The notes below the pieces were generated by a model that did no database searches, was not told the origin of the DNA, and saw nothing but the letters and a program-made list of their open reading frames with translations. From Geosiphon pyriformis uo1 (taxonomy: Eukaryota > Fungi > Glomeromycota), in contig JAAOMT010000175.1 in the NCBI GenBank assembly GCA_016748015.1, forward strand, positions 575,498 through 639,497: a stretch of 64,000 nucleotides of DNA, in the 5' to 3' direction. Shown piece after piece: positions 25,033 to 37,457 of the stretch. Each line of letters opens with the position of its first letter. Positions within the stretch are counted from its first letter, which is position 1. The position numbers and the translations under genes are program-made.

Positions 25033-26405
25033 AAATTGCAAAATGAAACGTTCAAGGTCATTTTGATCGTGTAAAGTGAGATAAAGGGCATTCAAATCAG
25101 GAAAATCATTTCGATAACTTGAGTAATTTGTCTGCTGCTTTCGAATAGATTTCAAATGCTTTTTCTAAGTTTTTATGTTTCCCCATCCATTTTGATAGCA
25201 CATTCCAAGGTTGTACTGTGCAATTTAATTTCCTATCTATACTGCTTTTAAATAAAACTCAAACTTTTCTTCTAAACTTTTCGCTATTCCCCATCCATTT
25301 CGATAATACATTTCAATATTGGTTTGAGGACTCGGATTTTCCACCTTTTCCATATATTTTATTGTTTGCAGTCCATTTGGATAATATTTTCTAAGGCTGA
25401 TTTGTGCAATTATATATCCCGCCTTTGCTGCTTTTGAATAGAGTTCAAATGCTTTTTCCAAGTTTTTCGTCGTTCCTTCTCCCTTATCATAACAAAGTGC
25501 AAGATTGTATTGCGCATTTGTATTACCCGCCTCTGTTGCTTTTGAAAAGAGTTTAAATGCTTTTTCGTCATTTTTTGTTGTTCCAAATCCATTATTATAA
25601 CAAAGTGCAAGATTGTATTGTGCATTTGTATTACCCGCCTTTGCTGCTTTTGAATACAGTTTAAATGCTTTTTCGTTATTTCTCGTTGTCCCCCATCCAT
25701 TTAAATAACAAAGTGCAAGATTGTATTGTGCTTTGGTATGTCCCGCCTCTACTGCTTTCGAATAGAGTTCAAATGCTTTATCCTCCTACTTCGTTGTTCC
25801 CCATCCATTTAGATAACATGCTGCAAGATTAGTTTGTGCATTTTTATCTCTAACCTCTGCTGCTTTTGAATAGAGTTCAAATGCTTTTTTGTCATTTTTC
25901 GTTGTTTCCTATACATCTTTGCTTTAAGATAATGTATTTTTTATGATCAATTTAAAACTTTGTGTAAAATTTGATGTACTTGGCAAAATAAAAAACATTT
26001 TAGCTTTAATAAAACAATCATTTAAAGAAAAATATTTTTATCGTGTATTAATATTCAAATTTTGGAATATTAATAAAGCTTGGTTCAAAAATTATACCTT
26101 AAAATTTACAAATTTTATCACTATTCATTTTCATTTAAAACAATAATTTCTGTTACCTCTTCCGTGAGCCTAAATTTTTATCAAAGATTTTATAAATTTA
26201 AGTCAAAGCATTCTTAATAAAAAACTCTTTACCTCATTGTGTTATTTTAGGTTTCATAAATAAATTGATCTTTGCCAGTCAAACTCGAAAATGAGATTAA
26301 TCATTTACAAAACGAATTAATATGAAACAAATTTATGCAAGACTGAGATAAATTGAAGGATTCGGGTGTCACATGATGTCCAATCAGGTAAGTGCGGTAT
26401 ATGTA

Positions 26406-27724
26406 CAGTCGCCCCAGAAATTAACGCCCGATTTTGGTGTAACAAAGTACCCCAACATATACATTTCGTTTACCCCCTTGTTATTACTTTTTTGGGCCAA
26501 AATTTATTTGTTTACTTCTCCATTACCTACTCAAACATTACGCGAAAAAATATCGGGATAAATATGCCTCGTACTCGCTCTTTATTAACTGCTGAAGATA
26601 AAGTAAAAATTCTCGCGTATCTCGAAGAAATGAATGCTGAGCAAATCGCAAAAAAATGGAGCGTGATCCCACAACAATACGACGTTTCATTAACAAGTAT
26701 CAAAAGACCGGGAAAATCGAAAATTTACCACGATCTGGACGCCCACCAGCTCTCAATAACCAAACAAAAAGTGCTCTCCTACGAAAAGTTAAAAATGAAC
26801 GACGTAAACCACTACAAGAGATTGTTGATGATTTGAAGCTTAATTGCAGTTTAACAACAGCCCGTCAAGTACTTCATAACCATGGCATTCGAAATTATAT
26901 TGCAGCAAAAAAGCCTTTTATTTCAGAAAAACAAGCAAAGGCATGGATTCTTTGGTGCAAAAAAAAAATCAAAAATCAAAATAAAGACCTTTATTTTTGG
27001 AGACGGGTAATTTTTTCAGATGAAACCAGTGTAGAAATCGGCAAACAATCTCGACAAGTTAAAGTATGGCGTCATATAGGAGAAAGATATAATATTGAAT
27101 GCTTAACACCTAGCTTCAAAAGTGGTCAACAATCAATAATGGCTTGGGGATGCTTTGTTGGAGAACTTAGAGGTCCATTGACATTTGTGATTAATACAAG
27201 GAAAAAACGGAAAATATTACAGCAAAAACATATTTTAAGATTATAGAAACTAATTTTTTACCATTTCTTACTGTTACTCATGATTTAGTAGCAAGAAATT
27301 TAATATTTCAAAAAGACAATTCTCCTATTCATAATGCTGGAATTACGAAAAAATGGTTCAAAGACAAAAACATTGAGATTATGGATTGGCCAGCCAGTTC
27401 TCCTGATCTAAATCTCATAGAAAATGTGTGGAAAATAATGAAGGACAATATTCAAAAACATGAAAACTTTCCAAGAACTATAGAGGAACTTTAAAGTGCT
27501 CTAAAGAAGGAATGGTCAAATTTTAATATGTCAGTTTTGAAATGGGTTGTAGACTCAATGCCACAAAGAATTGAAGCAGTATTGGAAGCAAATGGAGGGC
27601 CAACACACTATTAATTATATATATAAAAAAAGTTATATGTATATAAGTTAGGTTTAGAATAAATCAAATAAAAATTTAAAATTGTATAAAAAATAAATTC
27701 GGGCGTTAATTTCGGAGGTGACTG
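26406..27724 (+). mobile_element. Tc1-family (DD34E) DNA transposon, frameshifted transposase 26564-27614
   Basis: TA TSD; ~30-bp TIRs CAGTCGCCCCAGAAATTAACGCCCGATTTT and CAGTCACCTCCGAAATTAACGCCCGAATTT. HTH with RSGRPP, VIFSDE, FQKDNSPIH, then 34 aa to the E of SPDLNLIENVW. Frameshifts near 26655 and 27190, and a stop near 27492. Confidence 0.95.
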
Positions 27725-30713
27725 TACATGGGATGTGTAATGGTGTTTGAGCTTTTGCTTCCGCTTGATAAGATTTTTAATTGATTAATGTTTAAATAAA
27801 GTCAAAGTCAATTATTAGAACAGATTTTCTTTCAACCCACTTGAATTCTTAAAAACAAGCCTCTTGTTGGCAATAACGTTAAAGAGAATTTATAATTTTT
27901 ATTGCTAGTTCTCTATCTCTTCCTTGTCTTTCATATTCACCCTTTACATCTTACACTATATTTACGAATCAATCATTAATTAAGGTTGCTTTATAAATTA
28001 CACCAAACCCTCCTTTAGCAATTTCGTTGAGATTCATTCACAGTAATTCGATCTATATCTATTATAAATTGGATTCTTAATTATTTCATCAACTACTTTA
28101 TTGTAGCTTGAAAAGTCGTAGTAAAGTTTTTCTAAGAATGTGAGCACACGAATTCATAATATTTTTTCGAATGCTTCTCACACTCATTGCAATCATGAGG
28201 ATATGGAGAGAATGTTTTTAATTTCTTTGTTTTCCATGATGTGTATAAAGGATAAAGGGTAAATCTGTATAAAGGATAAAAAATGAATTGGTTAATATCC
28301 AAAGAAGAGTTTTTAAAAGCTTTTATTAATAGTAGATTTAAAAAGTAATTTTAACTGAGGAAAGTTCATATTTATTTTATTTTTCTATATTCACATAGTT
28401 TAACAAATCAACTAAAACTTTACAAGATTTAGATAAAAAAAAATAATACCCAAATTCGTTTTTTTGAAAATTCCAAATTAGAATATACCTTAACAAATGA
28501 TCACCTATATTTCAAAAAATTAATTATTTGGCTGATAAACATTCTTTCATAAAAATAAAACATTGTTGACTTTATAAATTTTAAGCCTAAAGGCTTTTTT
28601 TAAATTTAGATTCAATTTTGTTATTACATATTCTTAAAAAGGAATATGTAATAAATTAATTGATAAATATTACTAAGCTAATTTTAAAAAGAAATCCTAT
28701 AGAAATTAAATTTAAAGATTTGCATAAAATCTATTTTAACTTTTTAGATTTGAGGGAGATATACGAAAGTTGTCGAAAAGTTTATCAATATTGAGAATAT
28801 TAATAAAATCAATAAAGATGATTCTAATTCAATAAACGAATCGTCAGATATATCATTTATCTACAAAATTAAAACATAATTTTAATAAACTGTACCTGGA
28901 CCCATTTATTTTTCCATCGGTTTTTAACGCTTCTTTTAAGTTTTTTTTCCAATTACCATTATAAGGATAGTACCATGTGAATAATCATTAAAGGAAGGCA
29001 CTCCCTTTGAAACCAGTATGAAATTCTTCCAATTATATTTTTAGTTTTGAGCTTGCGAATCCAATTAATCTAAAATATTTAATAATTGCATACAATAAAC
29101 CATTTCACTAAAATAAATTATATTTAATCTATATGCAATAACATATGCAATTTTCAATTTATGCAAAATAATTGATAAATTTTAAATTCTCTAAATTTAA
29201 TTACCTTTTAGCCCGAATTTATGTCTTAGACTATCAAAAATAATTATTTTCTTCAATAGAAAATAAGCAAGATTTTGATTACATTATAGTTATAAATGTG
29301 AAGATAGAAAATATAAAATTTCTTATAAAAAATCCTTTAAAAATTCATTTTGCATAGAATTAAATATCAATTTAAAGATCTAGAATAAAATATATTACTA
29401 AAAAATTAATAAATTTAAAGAGAAATCCATGTTATGAATTTGTAAAGAAAAGATCTTTAAATCCTAAAAGAACAGATTTCCAAATAAAGTAATAAGATAT
29501 TCATAAAGCTGATTATTTTTCGCAAACTTTGGCTATCACCAACAAATTAATTAATTTTCATAAAAAATCCAAGTTGGGTTATCAATAAAAATTTAGATTT
29601 GGTATCAAAAAAGTATGAACCAGAGGTAAAAGCAATAAATTTTGGTCAATGATAAGTTAGTGGCGGTGATAGTTAAGAGAGTAAATTATTAATGTCAATA
29701 AGATTCAACTTTACATAATCGAGCATTGACTGGTGTTACTATCATCATCTGGATCACTGGTTGGTCCTTTAATATTATTTGCAATATTTTATTTTTTAAA
29801 TTATATTTACTTTTATTCTAATTTTCAATTTGATAAGATCTTATTTATCATGTTTTATATTTATTAGACAAAGTAGCTTTTTCACTTTTTCTTTGGCTTC
29901 AAATTTTATCATTGAAATAATTTGTTTAAAAACATAATTAAATTATTAAAAGCTAATTATATTATATGTTTTTTTTTGAAAAAAATTTTATTTAGTTAAT
30001 AATATTATTACAAATGATACTTACAAGTTGAAAAAAAAACAAAAAGTAAAATAACTAACAATAAAATTAAATAATTAACTATTAATATTTAATTTTACAT
30101 AAAACAGTTGAAAGTATACAAATAATATCTGATTATTAATAATAAAAAATAACAAAATTAATATAAATTTCTGTTTTAGTTAACATTTTTAACCCTTAAT
30201 AACAAGTATTATTTATTTATAAATAAATTATAAAAGCAGGTTTCTTATTTTTTTTAAGTTAATTAGAATAAATGCAAACTAGAAATGTTTTTTTTCAAAT
30301 TTTAAAGATGGCTTTTTTAATGAAAATTAATTCCAATTTCATGGTGTAAAAAAAAATCAAGTAAAGTATAATGAGTTCAATGCTTTTAAATTAAACAGTA
30401 AAAAAAAAATTTTCTTTTAATTGTACTTCATATTTTTTTCACCTGTGCAGTTGTTTTTAAAAAATAACTGTTTAGCTTGCTAAATGAAAATGAATGTTTT
30501 TTAAAATAGTTTAAAAGTAAACTTAAGAATAAATTCTTTAACATTTGAATTAAAATATCTTACCAAAAATTATGAAATTAATTCAACTCAAAAATTTTAA
30601 TAAAAAACCCAAAATGAAGATGTTCATTATGTAAAAAATAATTGAAAACTAGTTTCAATTTTTTTGCCTGCGAAATTTAAATGAAAAATTTAGCATTTCC
30701 GAAATAAAATATA

Positions 30714-31156
30714 CAGTAGGCACCAAAAGAAACGCTTAATTTACATGTATAACAATATAAAAAATCGTGAGTACTTGCCAGAAATTATGTTCAGTCTTGT
30801 TATTCAAAAGCTTTTTATCATAAATATGTAAGAAACCTTATTTGGTACTTTGGAGTCACCAAAAGTTATTAGATGCTCAAGTGAGGACTTTGACATATAT
30901 TAGGATATTATTGTCAAAACCTATAAAATTATGAGCACACTATATTGCCTGGATCAAATAATAGATGAGAGTTTCATTGTAATATATAATTCAAACTAGA
31001 TTTTATTCTTGAAATATAAAATCTAATATATACATCTTTAAAATTAATTTTATTTCAATTGATTAAATTTCACGTTATTTTCTTTATCGAAAATAATGTT
31101 ATTTCTGGAATTCTTTTTTCTCTTTTCGAATGCTCAAATTATTTTGGTGCCTTCTA
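30714..31156. mobile_element. Possible degenerate non-autonomous Tc1-like element (MITE)
   Basis: Left TA|CAGTAGGCACCAAAAGAA versus reverse complement of right end TAGAAGGCACCAAAATAA; no ORF inside. Confidence 0.45.
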
Positions 31157-31799
31157 AATTCAATGAAAGAAATTTACTCAAGATTTTAGGAAACAAAATT
31201 TCCTCTTTGAGGTATAAAAATTCATGGATTAATATAATAAACACGTGATCTAGTAATTTTTCCCATCAATATTTAAAATATTTAAATTTTTGAATTCAAA
31301 ATAAATAATTTTTATTTATCAGATTATTTTGGTTTGACCCATTTATCTTAATTTTTTAGTAGAAGTTAAATAATCACAAACTTAATATATATTTATAATT
31401 TGTCATTTTAATTTCTATTATAAGCTTTTTCAGTAAACGGTTAACAGAAATCGACAGGCTCTCATATTATGATTTTAAAATCTAAATTCTGTTTGTATTC
31501 AAAGACCAATTATTATTTTAAAAGTACTTTGTTGGTTTTCATTATTTGATCACTTTTGGTCTAAAAGATGTTTTAATTCAAAGTTGTCTAAAGTAGCTTG
31601 TAAATTTGCTTCAATGCTAGATATATAAAAGAATATTAAAGTGAAAACCTTTTTAAAATAAGCTTTATATTAGAAAACAGACAAATTTCAGTGTTCAAAA
31701 ATCTAATATAATCTTAGCTCTAAGTTTTCCATCAAAATAATTCAATATTAATTTTCAGATTATTTTTCAACCACGATAATTCATAGATTAAATACTTTT

Positions 31800-32025
31800 T
31801 TTTATTACATTTACATATTGCAAACAGTCATGAATAAACATGATAGCTGTGTCCATATCTTCATGAGGATTTGAATCACAATTCTTTAAAGCAGAAATTT
31901 GATTTTTCAATATTTAATTCAACTTCTAGAATAAAGAATTCTACCAGTGATTCTAGCCTATACCCTTCAGTTATCAAAGGTTCTGAACACTCATAAACAT
32001 TTGGCCGTGGCTCCCTTTGACGACC
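31800..32025 (-). pseudogene. 3' remnant of a Lipase_3-family paralogue
   Basis: NVYECSEPLITEGYRLESL|GTAG..AG|NCDSN mirrors VYECFG...GYELENP|intron|HCIN in lipase B. Confidence 0.45.
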
Positions 32026-32810
32026 TAATCACATAATGCTCGGTCACTCGAAGTGAATGAATTACTGAGCAAAAAATTCTTTTCTTTCTTGAAAACGTGG
32101 ACACTCAAACAAAAAATTAGAGGGCTATTCATCAGAATACACAGTTTGATATGTTGTTGTTGTTTTGTACGGCTAAAAAGGAAACCGAAAATGGGGAGGG
32201 AAAGTAGAGTTTTTGCAAGAAAATCGAAATGCTTTATATGAACAGAAATCATATTTGGCCAATCTAAATGGTATTGGTAACGGTCATTACGAAAAAATTA
32301 GTTTTAGAATCTTTGTAACGATGATCCAAGTTCTGAGCCACAAATATTGCTCTTATAATAGCCAGAACACTTGAACTTTAAAATAAAATTACCGAAAGAA
32401 AGTAGCCTCAATGTTTCCAAAAAAGCTTCGACTAAATAATTCTGATTTCGAATTAAAATTAAATTTATAATACCAAATACATTATAATATGATTGTATAT
32501 TTTTAACTTTTGAGATTAACTTTCTTCTACTAATTAATTTACGATAAAAATTTCATATCATTTAATCATAAAATCCCTCATTATTGTTTATATAACCTTT
32601 ATTAATCAATTGTGCCTTACTATCGATAAAAGCATAAAACTGTTTCTTAAATTTTACTTCAGATGCTGTATTAAGACTTTAGTTTATTTTAAATTTTCTA
32701 AAATTAAAAAGGCATATCTTCTAAAATAAAATATTTTTAAAATTATACTTTAATATGTAACTATATTAAAAAAATTTATCAAAATTTTCATTTTTAAATT
32801 ATCCATCATA

Positions 32811-33113
32811 TTAAGGAGCGTCAAACAACCGACAAATTTCACTATCACACCAGCTTCTTGATAATTTGTAAATCAGGCTCAAGTAGGATTATTTTTTCAA
32901 ATGTTTAAAGTGTTTCATCTTAGCCATTTTGATCAGGAGATATAACTTTTTGGTCGCTAATTGGCGGAATGTATGGCCGTGCTCTTGGGCGAGAAAAATA
33001 TTCATTTTCTGGCTTATACTTGTAGTCTGGAAAACCGTTTTTATGCACAATTTAACCAATTCAGCCCTGTGGTTGGGGGAATTTTTAATGGTAAAATTCT
33101 CTTGATTTAACAT
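32811..33113 (-). pseudogene. Frameshifted copy of the HMG-less HMG-family derivative
   Basis: Near-identical inverted copy of 45181-45495; 1-nt deletion after RAELVK; ends CRLFDAP-stop. Confidence 0.8.
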
Positions 33114-35399
33114 TTTACTGGTGAAAATTTGAGAATAAAGTGAGGTGTCGAATAAAGATTTGAGTTCAAGGAGTATTTTCAATTTTGAAGAAAAAGTGAC
33201 TAAATGTTTTGAAATATTTTTTGGGATTGTCGAAAAAGCTTTTCTTTTATAGCGAGAAAATGATATAGAAGCTATTAAAATTAGTATTAGAGCCAGGTTT
33301 AACTAATTTCAATACAATATCTGCACAAAGTTAAATCGTATTGCCTTTCACAAGGGTTTTCCTATGACTTAAATTGTAGTTTTTTGTGTCATAAACAATT
33401 TCTTATAGGGGATTTGTGAAAGGTCAAAGTATTAATTTAAGAGAACATTGATAATTTTTGTCCTTTTTGAAAAAAGAGGATGTCAATAAATAGGTGAAGG
33501 GAATTTGTGAAATGTGGTGAAGGAAAATCTTTAAAATGAAAAATTTTGTAGAGCTTTACTTTTAAACTGATTCGATTATCTTTAGATAAAGAGAAATTGA
33601 GTTTAGGCAGTTTGAGCTTTGATGCAATTAATTGAAAATGATATGAATTTTTGTGATAAACAAAAGCTGCTTAGGTTTAAATAAAATTCCAATGTTTTTT
33701 GAATGAAAGTATCCTTTTAAATTGCTCCAATAAGGCACCTTTTAATCTTTGCATTAAATTAATGGCTACAAATAAACATTGATGAGAATGATAAGGATGA
33801 TACAGAATAGTAAGGCAAAAAACGAGTTTCATTGGAAGTACAGATATTCATAAATAGAGTTATTAAAAATTTCAGATCATTTTATTGACAAAGGATTAAT
33901 CAAAAGTGGTTAAAACTTTAATTTGTGCAAATTTTTTAAGTTTACATGTTATTTTTATTACTCTAATTGATAGAATGACTGCTTTGCTTTTACAAAGAAA
34001 ACATTGGTTAAAACTTTTATTTGAATTCTTAAAAATAAAAAAGAAATATTGGCAATGGTAAAACTAGTTTTTTTTCGAGGAGAAAAATTTTAAATAATCT
34101 TAAAAGTTCTAATAAAAGAGATAAAATCCAGTAAAAATTTGAAAATAATTAAAAACTGTTTTAGAACTTTCAATAAATTTTGCAAAATTTGAAACTTTAA
34201 TGACTAATTACTTTACTCCTTATGGTATATTACTTTTTTTAATTTCAAATGCCCTGAAACTTTATCTTCTATAATATTACAATTAATTCATTATTATTTT
34301 TTTTGAAATATCTTATATTTATTATCATTTTCAATTAGATTATTTACCATTAAAACCTCTTTTGGAATTAGTAATTTGAAATTAATATTATGAATAAATT
34401 GAGTTTTGTTTAATAAATCTGCATTTTTTTTATAATTTCAGCTTTGAATTTAATCAAAATAAATAAGATTATAGATACATTATAAATATATCTTTGTTAA
34501 TTAAAATTCAAAATTATTTAGTATTGATATTTTTTTTAGGATCTAATACAAACAATTAATTTAAATTTGGCAGGGCTAAAAATCAAAACTAGTTTTCAAT
34601 ATTAATTCTCAATTAGAGTCTAAATATTCAAGTTTCCAAAGAGCAGAAGTTATTAGTTTTTTTCTAGGTTAAAACTGGCAATGATATTGATCTTAATAAT
34701 CACTATAATTTTTTTCGCATAATGAAAATAATTTTATCATCTTCATTTTGAGTTTGTCATTAAAATTTTAAAGTTGAATTAATTTAAGATATTGAAAAAA
34801 TTTTTCTTAAATTTATTGTTAACTATTTTTAAAAAGTTTTCATTTTTTATTTAAGAAGTTAAACAATTATTTTTTTGAAAACAACTGACAAAGTGAAAAA
34901 ATATTATAGTGTAATTAAAAAAAATAATTTTTTTTTTCACTTGTTTGATTTAAAATAATTGAATCCACTATGCTTTGCTTAATTTTTTTATGGTGTGAAA
35001 TTAGAATTGTTTTCATTAACGGGACCAATTAATAAAATTCTAATTTGCATTTCTTAAAATTAACTTGAATTGCTTTTATAACTTTATTTAAAAATAAATA
35101 ATACTTGTCAGTAAGTTTTAAAAATGCTAACTAAAACATAAAATTAGACTCGTTGTGTTATTTTTTGTTAAAAACACATATTATTTGTATACTTCCAAAT
35201 TTCTTTTGTAAAGTTAAAGATTAAATACTTACATATTTAATTTTATTGTTTTTAGTCAAATGTTTACGAATAACAAAATTATGCTCTGATAATCTTATTT
35301 ATAGACCTTAACGATATTTTAAGGTAATCAAAAATTATTTTATTTAAATTTGTATAAGAATTTGGAAAATTTTTAAGCTCCTGAGATTCTTTACTATCA

Positions 35400-35845
35400 G
35401 ATGAAGATTTGCATTGATTTTCAACAATTAATCCAAAAAATAAGTCATTCCTCAATCAAGCAAGAACGAAAGACGCTGATCTTTATTCTTAAAGGTCTTG
35501 TTCATATGCAATTGACAAATGCAGGTTACTACGTACAACCTGTAAGTAATGAACATTGAAAAGTACATTTTATAAGCCTTGGTCTAGATAGTATGTCATG
35601 TAAACAGATTTCTAATCTTAAGTTGCAGTATATTTTTACAGTGATTTCTAAATTTACTTTAGCTTCTCTAATTGTTTTTTAAAAATTTTGTAATACGCCT
35701 TGCCTTAGAAGTGAAGGAGTACTCAGTAAAAAATATATTACATGAAAAAATCGGATAAAAACTATATGCTTTTGGCAATCCAAGAATCGGTAATTGGTTT
35801 TTCGCTGCTGATCAATTGAAAAGTCCTATTCATATGGTATTTCTA
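35400..35845 (+). pseudogene. Lipase_3-family remnant
   Basis: KLYAFGNPRIGNWFFA at ~35760-35805 matches the TFGQPRIGN motif; inverted copy at ~42910-43330. Confidence 0.6.
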
Positions 35846-37010
35846 TGTTGAATTTATATTAACTCAAATACAAGTAAATTGACTCAATTTCTTAATATTT
35901 AAATATGAAATTGTTTATTATATAAATTGATTAAACAAAGAATTTAGTTTTTGCGAAATTGGTTTTAATTGGTCTAAATAAATCATAGGAAACTTATTAC
36001 TTGTAAATTTATCTAAAATAATATAAACAAAGTTTATTATTAAATCTATGAAAAAATTTATATATCATAACATCTTAGCATAAAAATGTATGATTAATTA
36101 TTTCTATTAATCAAGTAGTTTGAGTTTTTAATCTTATCTATTTACAAGTTCATCGCTATTAAGGCATTTCAAAAATTATACTTTTTTTTCTTATCACAAA
36201 AGAAAACACACTTGGTTCAACATCGAGACTGCAAGCTTTAACCACTTTTGATTAATCTTTTATCAATCTACTGATCTAGAATTTTAGATAACTCTATTTT
36301 TGAAATTATGTACTTTCAAAATGAAACTCGTTTTTTGCTTTACTATTCTGCATCCTTATCATCATAATCACTGTTCATTTGTAGCCATTAAATTTAATTC
36401 GAGGACTAAAAGGTATCTTATTGGAGCAATTTAAAAGGAAACTTTCATTCAAAAAACCCAAACTCTATTTACCCTTATTTAGGATAATTGAGTCAGTTTA
36501 AAATTAAAGTTTTGTCACAGTCTGGATTGTACGCTTTCCATTCAAATGTACTGAATTTTTAAAATTAAAAATTTAAGAAAAACAAGAAGTTATCTTGGAA
36601 ATATATTCGAAATTAAGTTATTCAATAATTGAATGAGTGATATAAATAATGATAATAATAACAAAGTTCTGATTATTTAAATTAACGGCTTCATCCTTTT
36701 TGAAAGATAGCAAAAATTACCAGCGTTTCCTTAAATTAGTACCTTAACCTTTCACAAATTCCCTTTATTAACCTATAACACATTATTGAATGACACAAGA
36801 ACTACAAATTAAGTCACAGGAGAACTTTTGTAAAACGCATTACAGTTTAACTTTGTGTAGATACCGCATAAAAATCAGTCAAATCTAGCTTTTCATAGCT
36901 TACGTATCATTTTGTCGCTATAAAAAAGAAAATTTTTGACAATCCAAAAAAATTTTCACCTTTTCTGAAGAAAAAGCTAATTACCTTTTCTTCAAATATC
37001 CACAAGTAAA

Positions 37011-37457
37011 ATGCTCAATGATAACGATTTTGAATTCAACAATTAATCATTTGGAGAAATCCAAGCCACCAATAATAAATTTTTAGATGAAAATTTACCA
37101 AACGACAGAGCAATTGTGGATAAAATTTTCATGAAAACCTTAATCGAAAACATTGATATTATAACGCTTAAAAAAAATACAAGATATTTTAAACATACCA
37201 CTAATAAACTTAATAAAACCAAATGGAGATCCAGTAAAGGGCAAACCCCACGTCCTCAGAATTCATTCGTCCTTTATAGACGTAATATTCAAGCCACATT
37301 GCTAAAAAAATTTGAGAATAAAACCAAAGGTTTCAAAAATTTCATCAATTCGATGGGCCACAAAATGCATGGAAACCAAGGGAATTTTTTAATACTTAGC
37401 TCGATTGTCTAAAATTGTGCATGAAAAGGTTTTTCTGGACTTACACGTATCAGCCAC
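37011..37457 (+). pseudogene. MATA-HMG-box pseudogene
   Basis: Inverted paralogue of 40689-41432 with a CAA>TAA stop at codon 12, frameshifts and 3' truncation; PRPQNSFVLYR retained. Confidence 0.85.

Larger units (their letters stand above)
24170..28237 (-). pseudogene. TKL kinase - Sel1 repeat - kinase pseudogene interrupted by a Tc1 element
   Basis: ATG 28237 gives METKKLKTFSPYPHDCNEC (paralogous to HHDCNEC in the 5843 kinase), then EIAKGGFGVIYKAT..ELAIK with stops. About seven 108-nt Sel1 repeats lie at 25130-25910 (AQYNLALCY.NG.GT.K...KAF.LY.KA). Beyond the gap, WEDKPHCRDSAEEL resembles kinase subdomain XI. Confidence 0.7.
32811..37457. repeat. Left arm of a large inverted duplication
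   Basis: Blocks 32811-33940, 34515-35890 and 36070-37457 match, reverse-complemented and in mirrored order, 44090-45495, 42525-44040 and 40975-42460. Confidence 0.85.

Noticed and set aside
24301-25155. Three long ORFs across the N run
   Set aside because: Artefacts of translating the assembly gap.
25410-25700. 96-aa repeat protein (KKHLN..QKQQRR)
   Set aside because: Off-frame translation of the Sel1 repeats.
25130-25910. CRISPR-like array
   Set aside because: The 108-nt units are protein-coding Sel1 repeats with no unique spacers, in a eukaryotic context.
28890-29790. Coding-like fragments on the minus strand
   Set aside because: Many stops and no recognisable motif, so no product can be supported.
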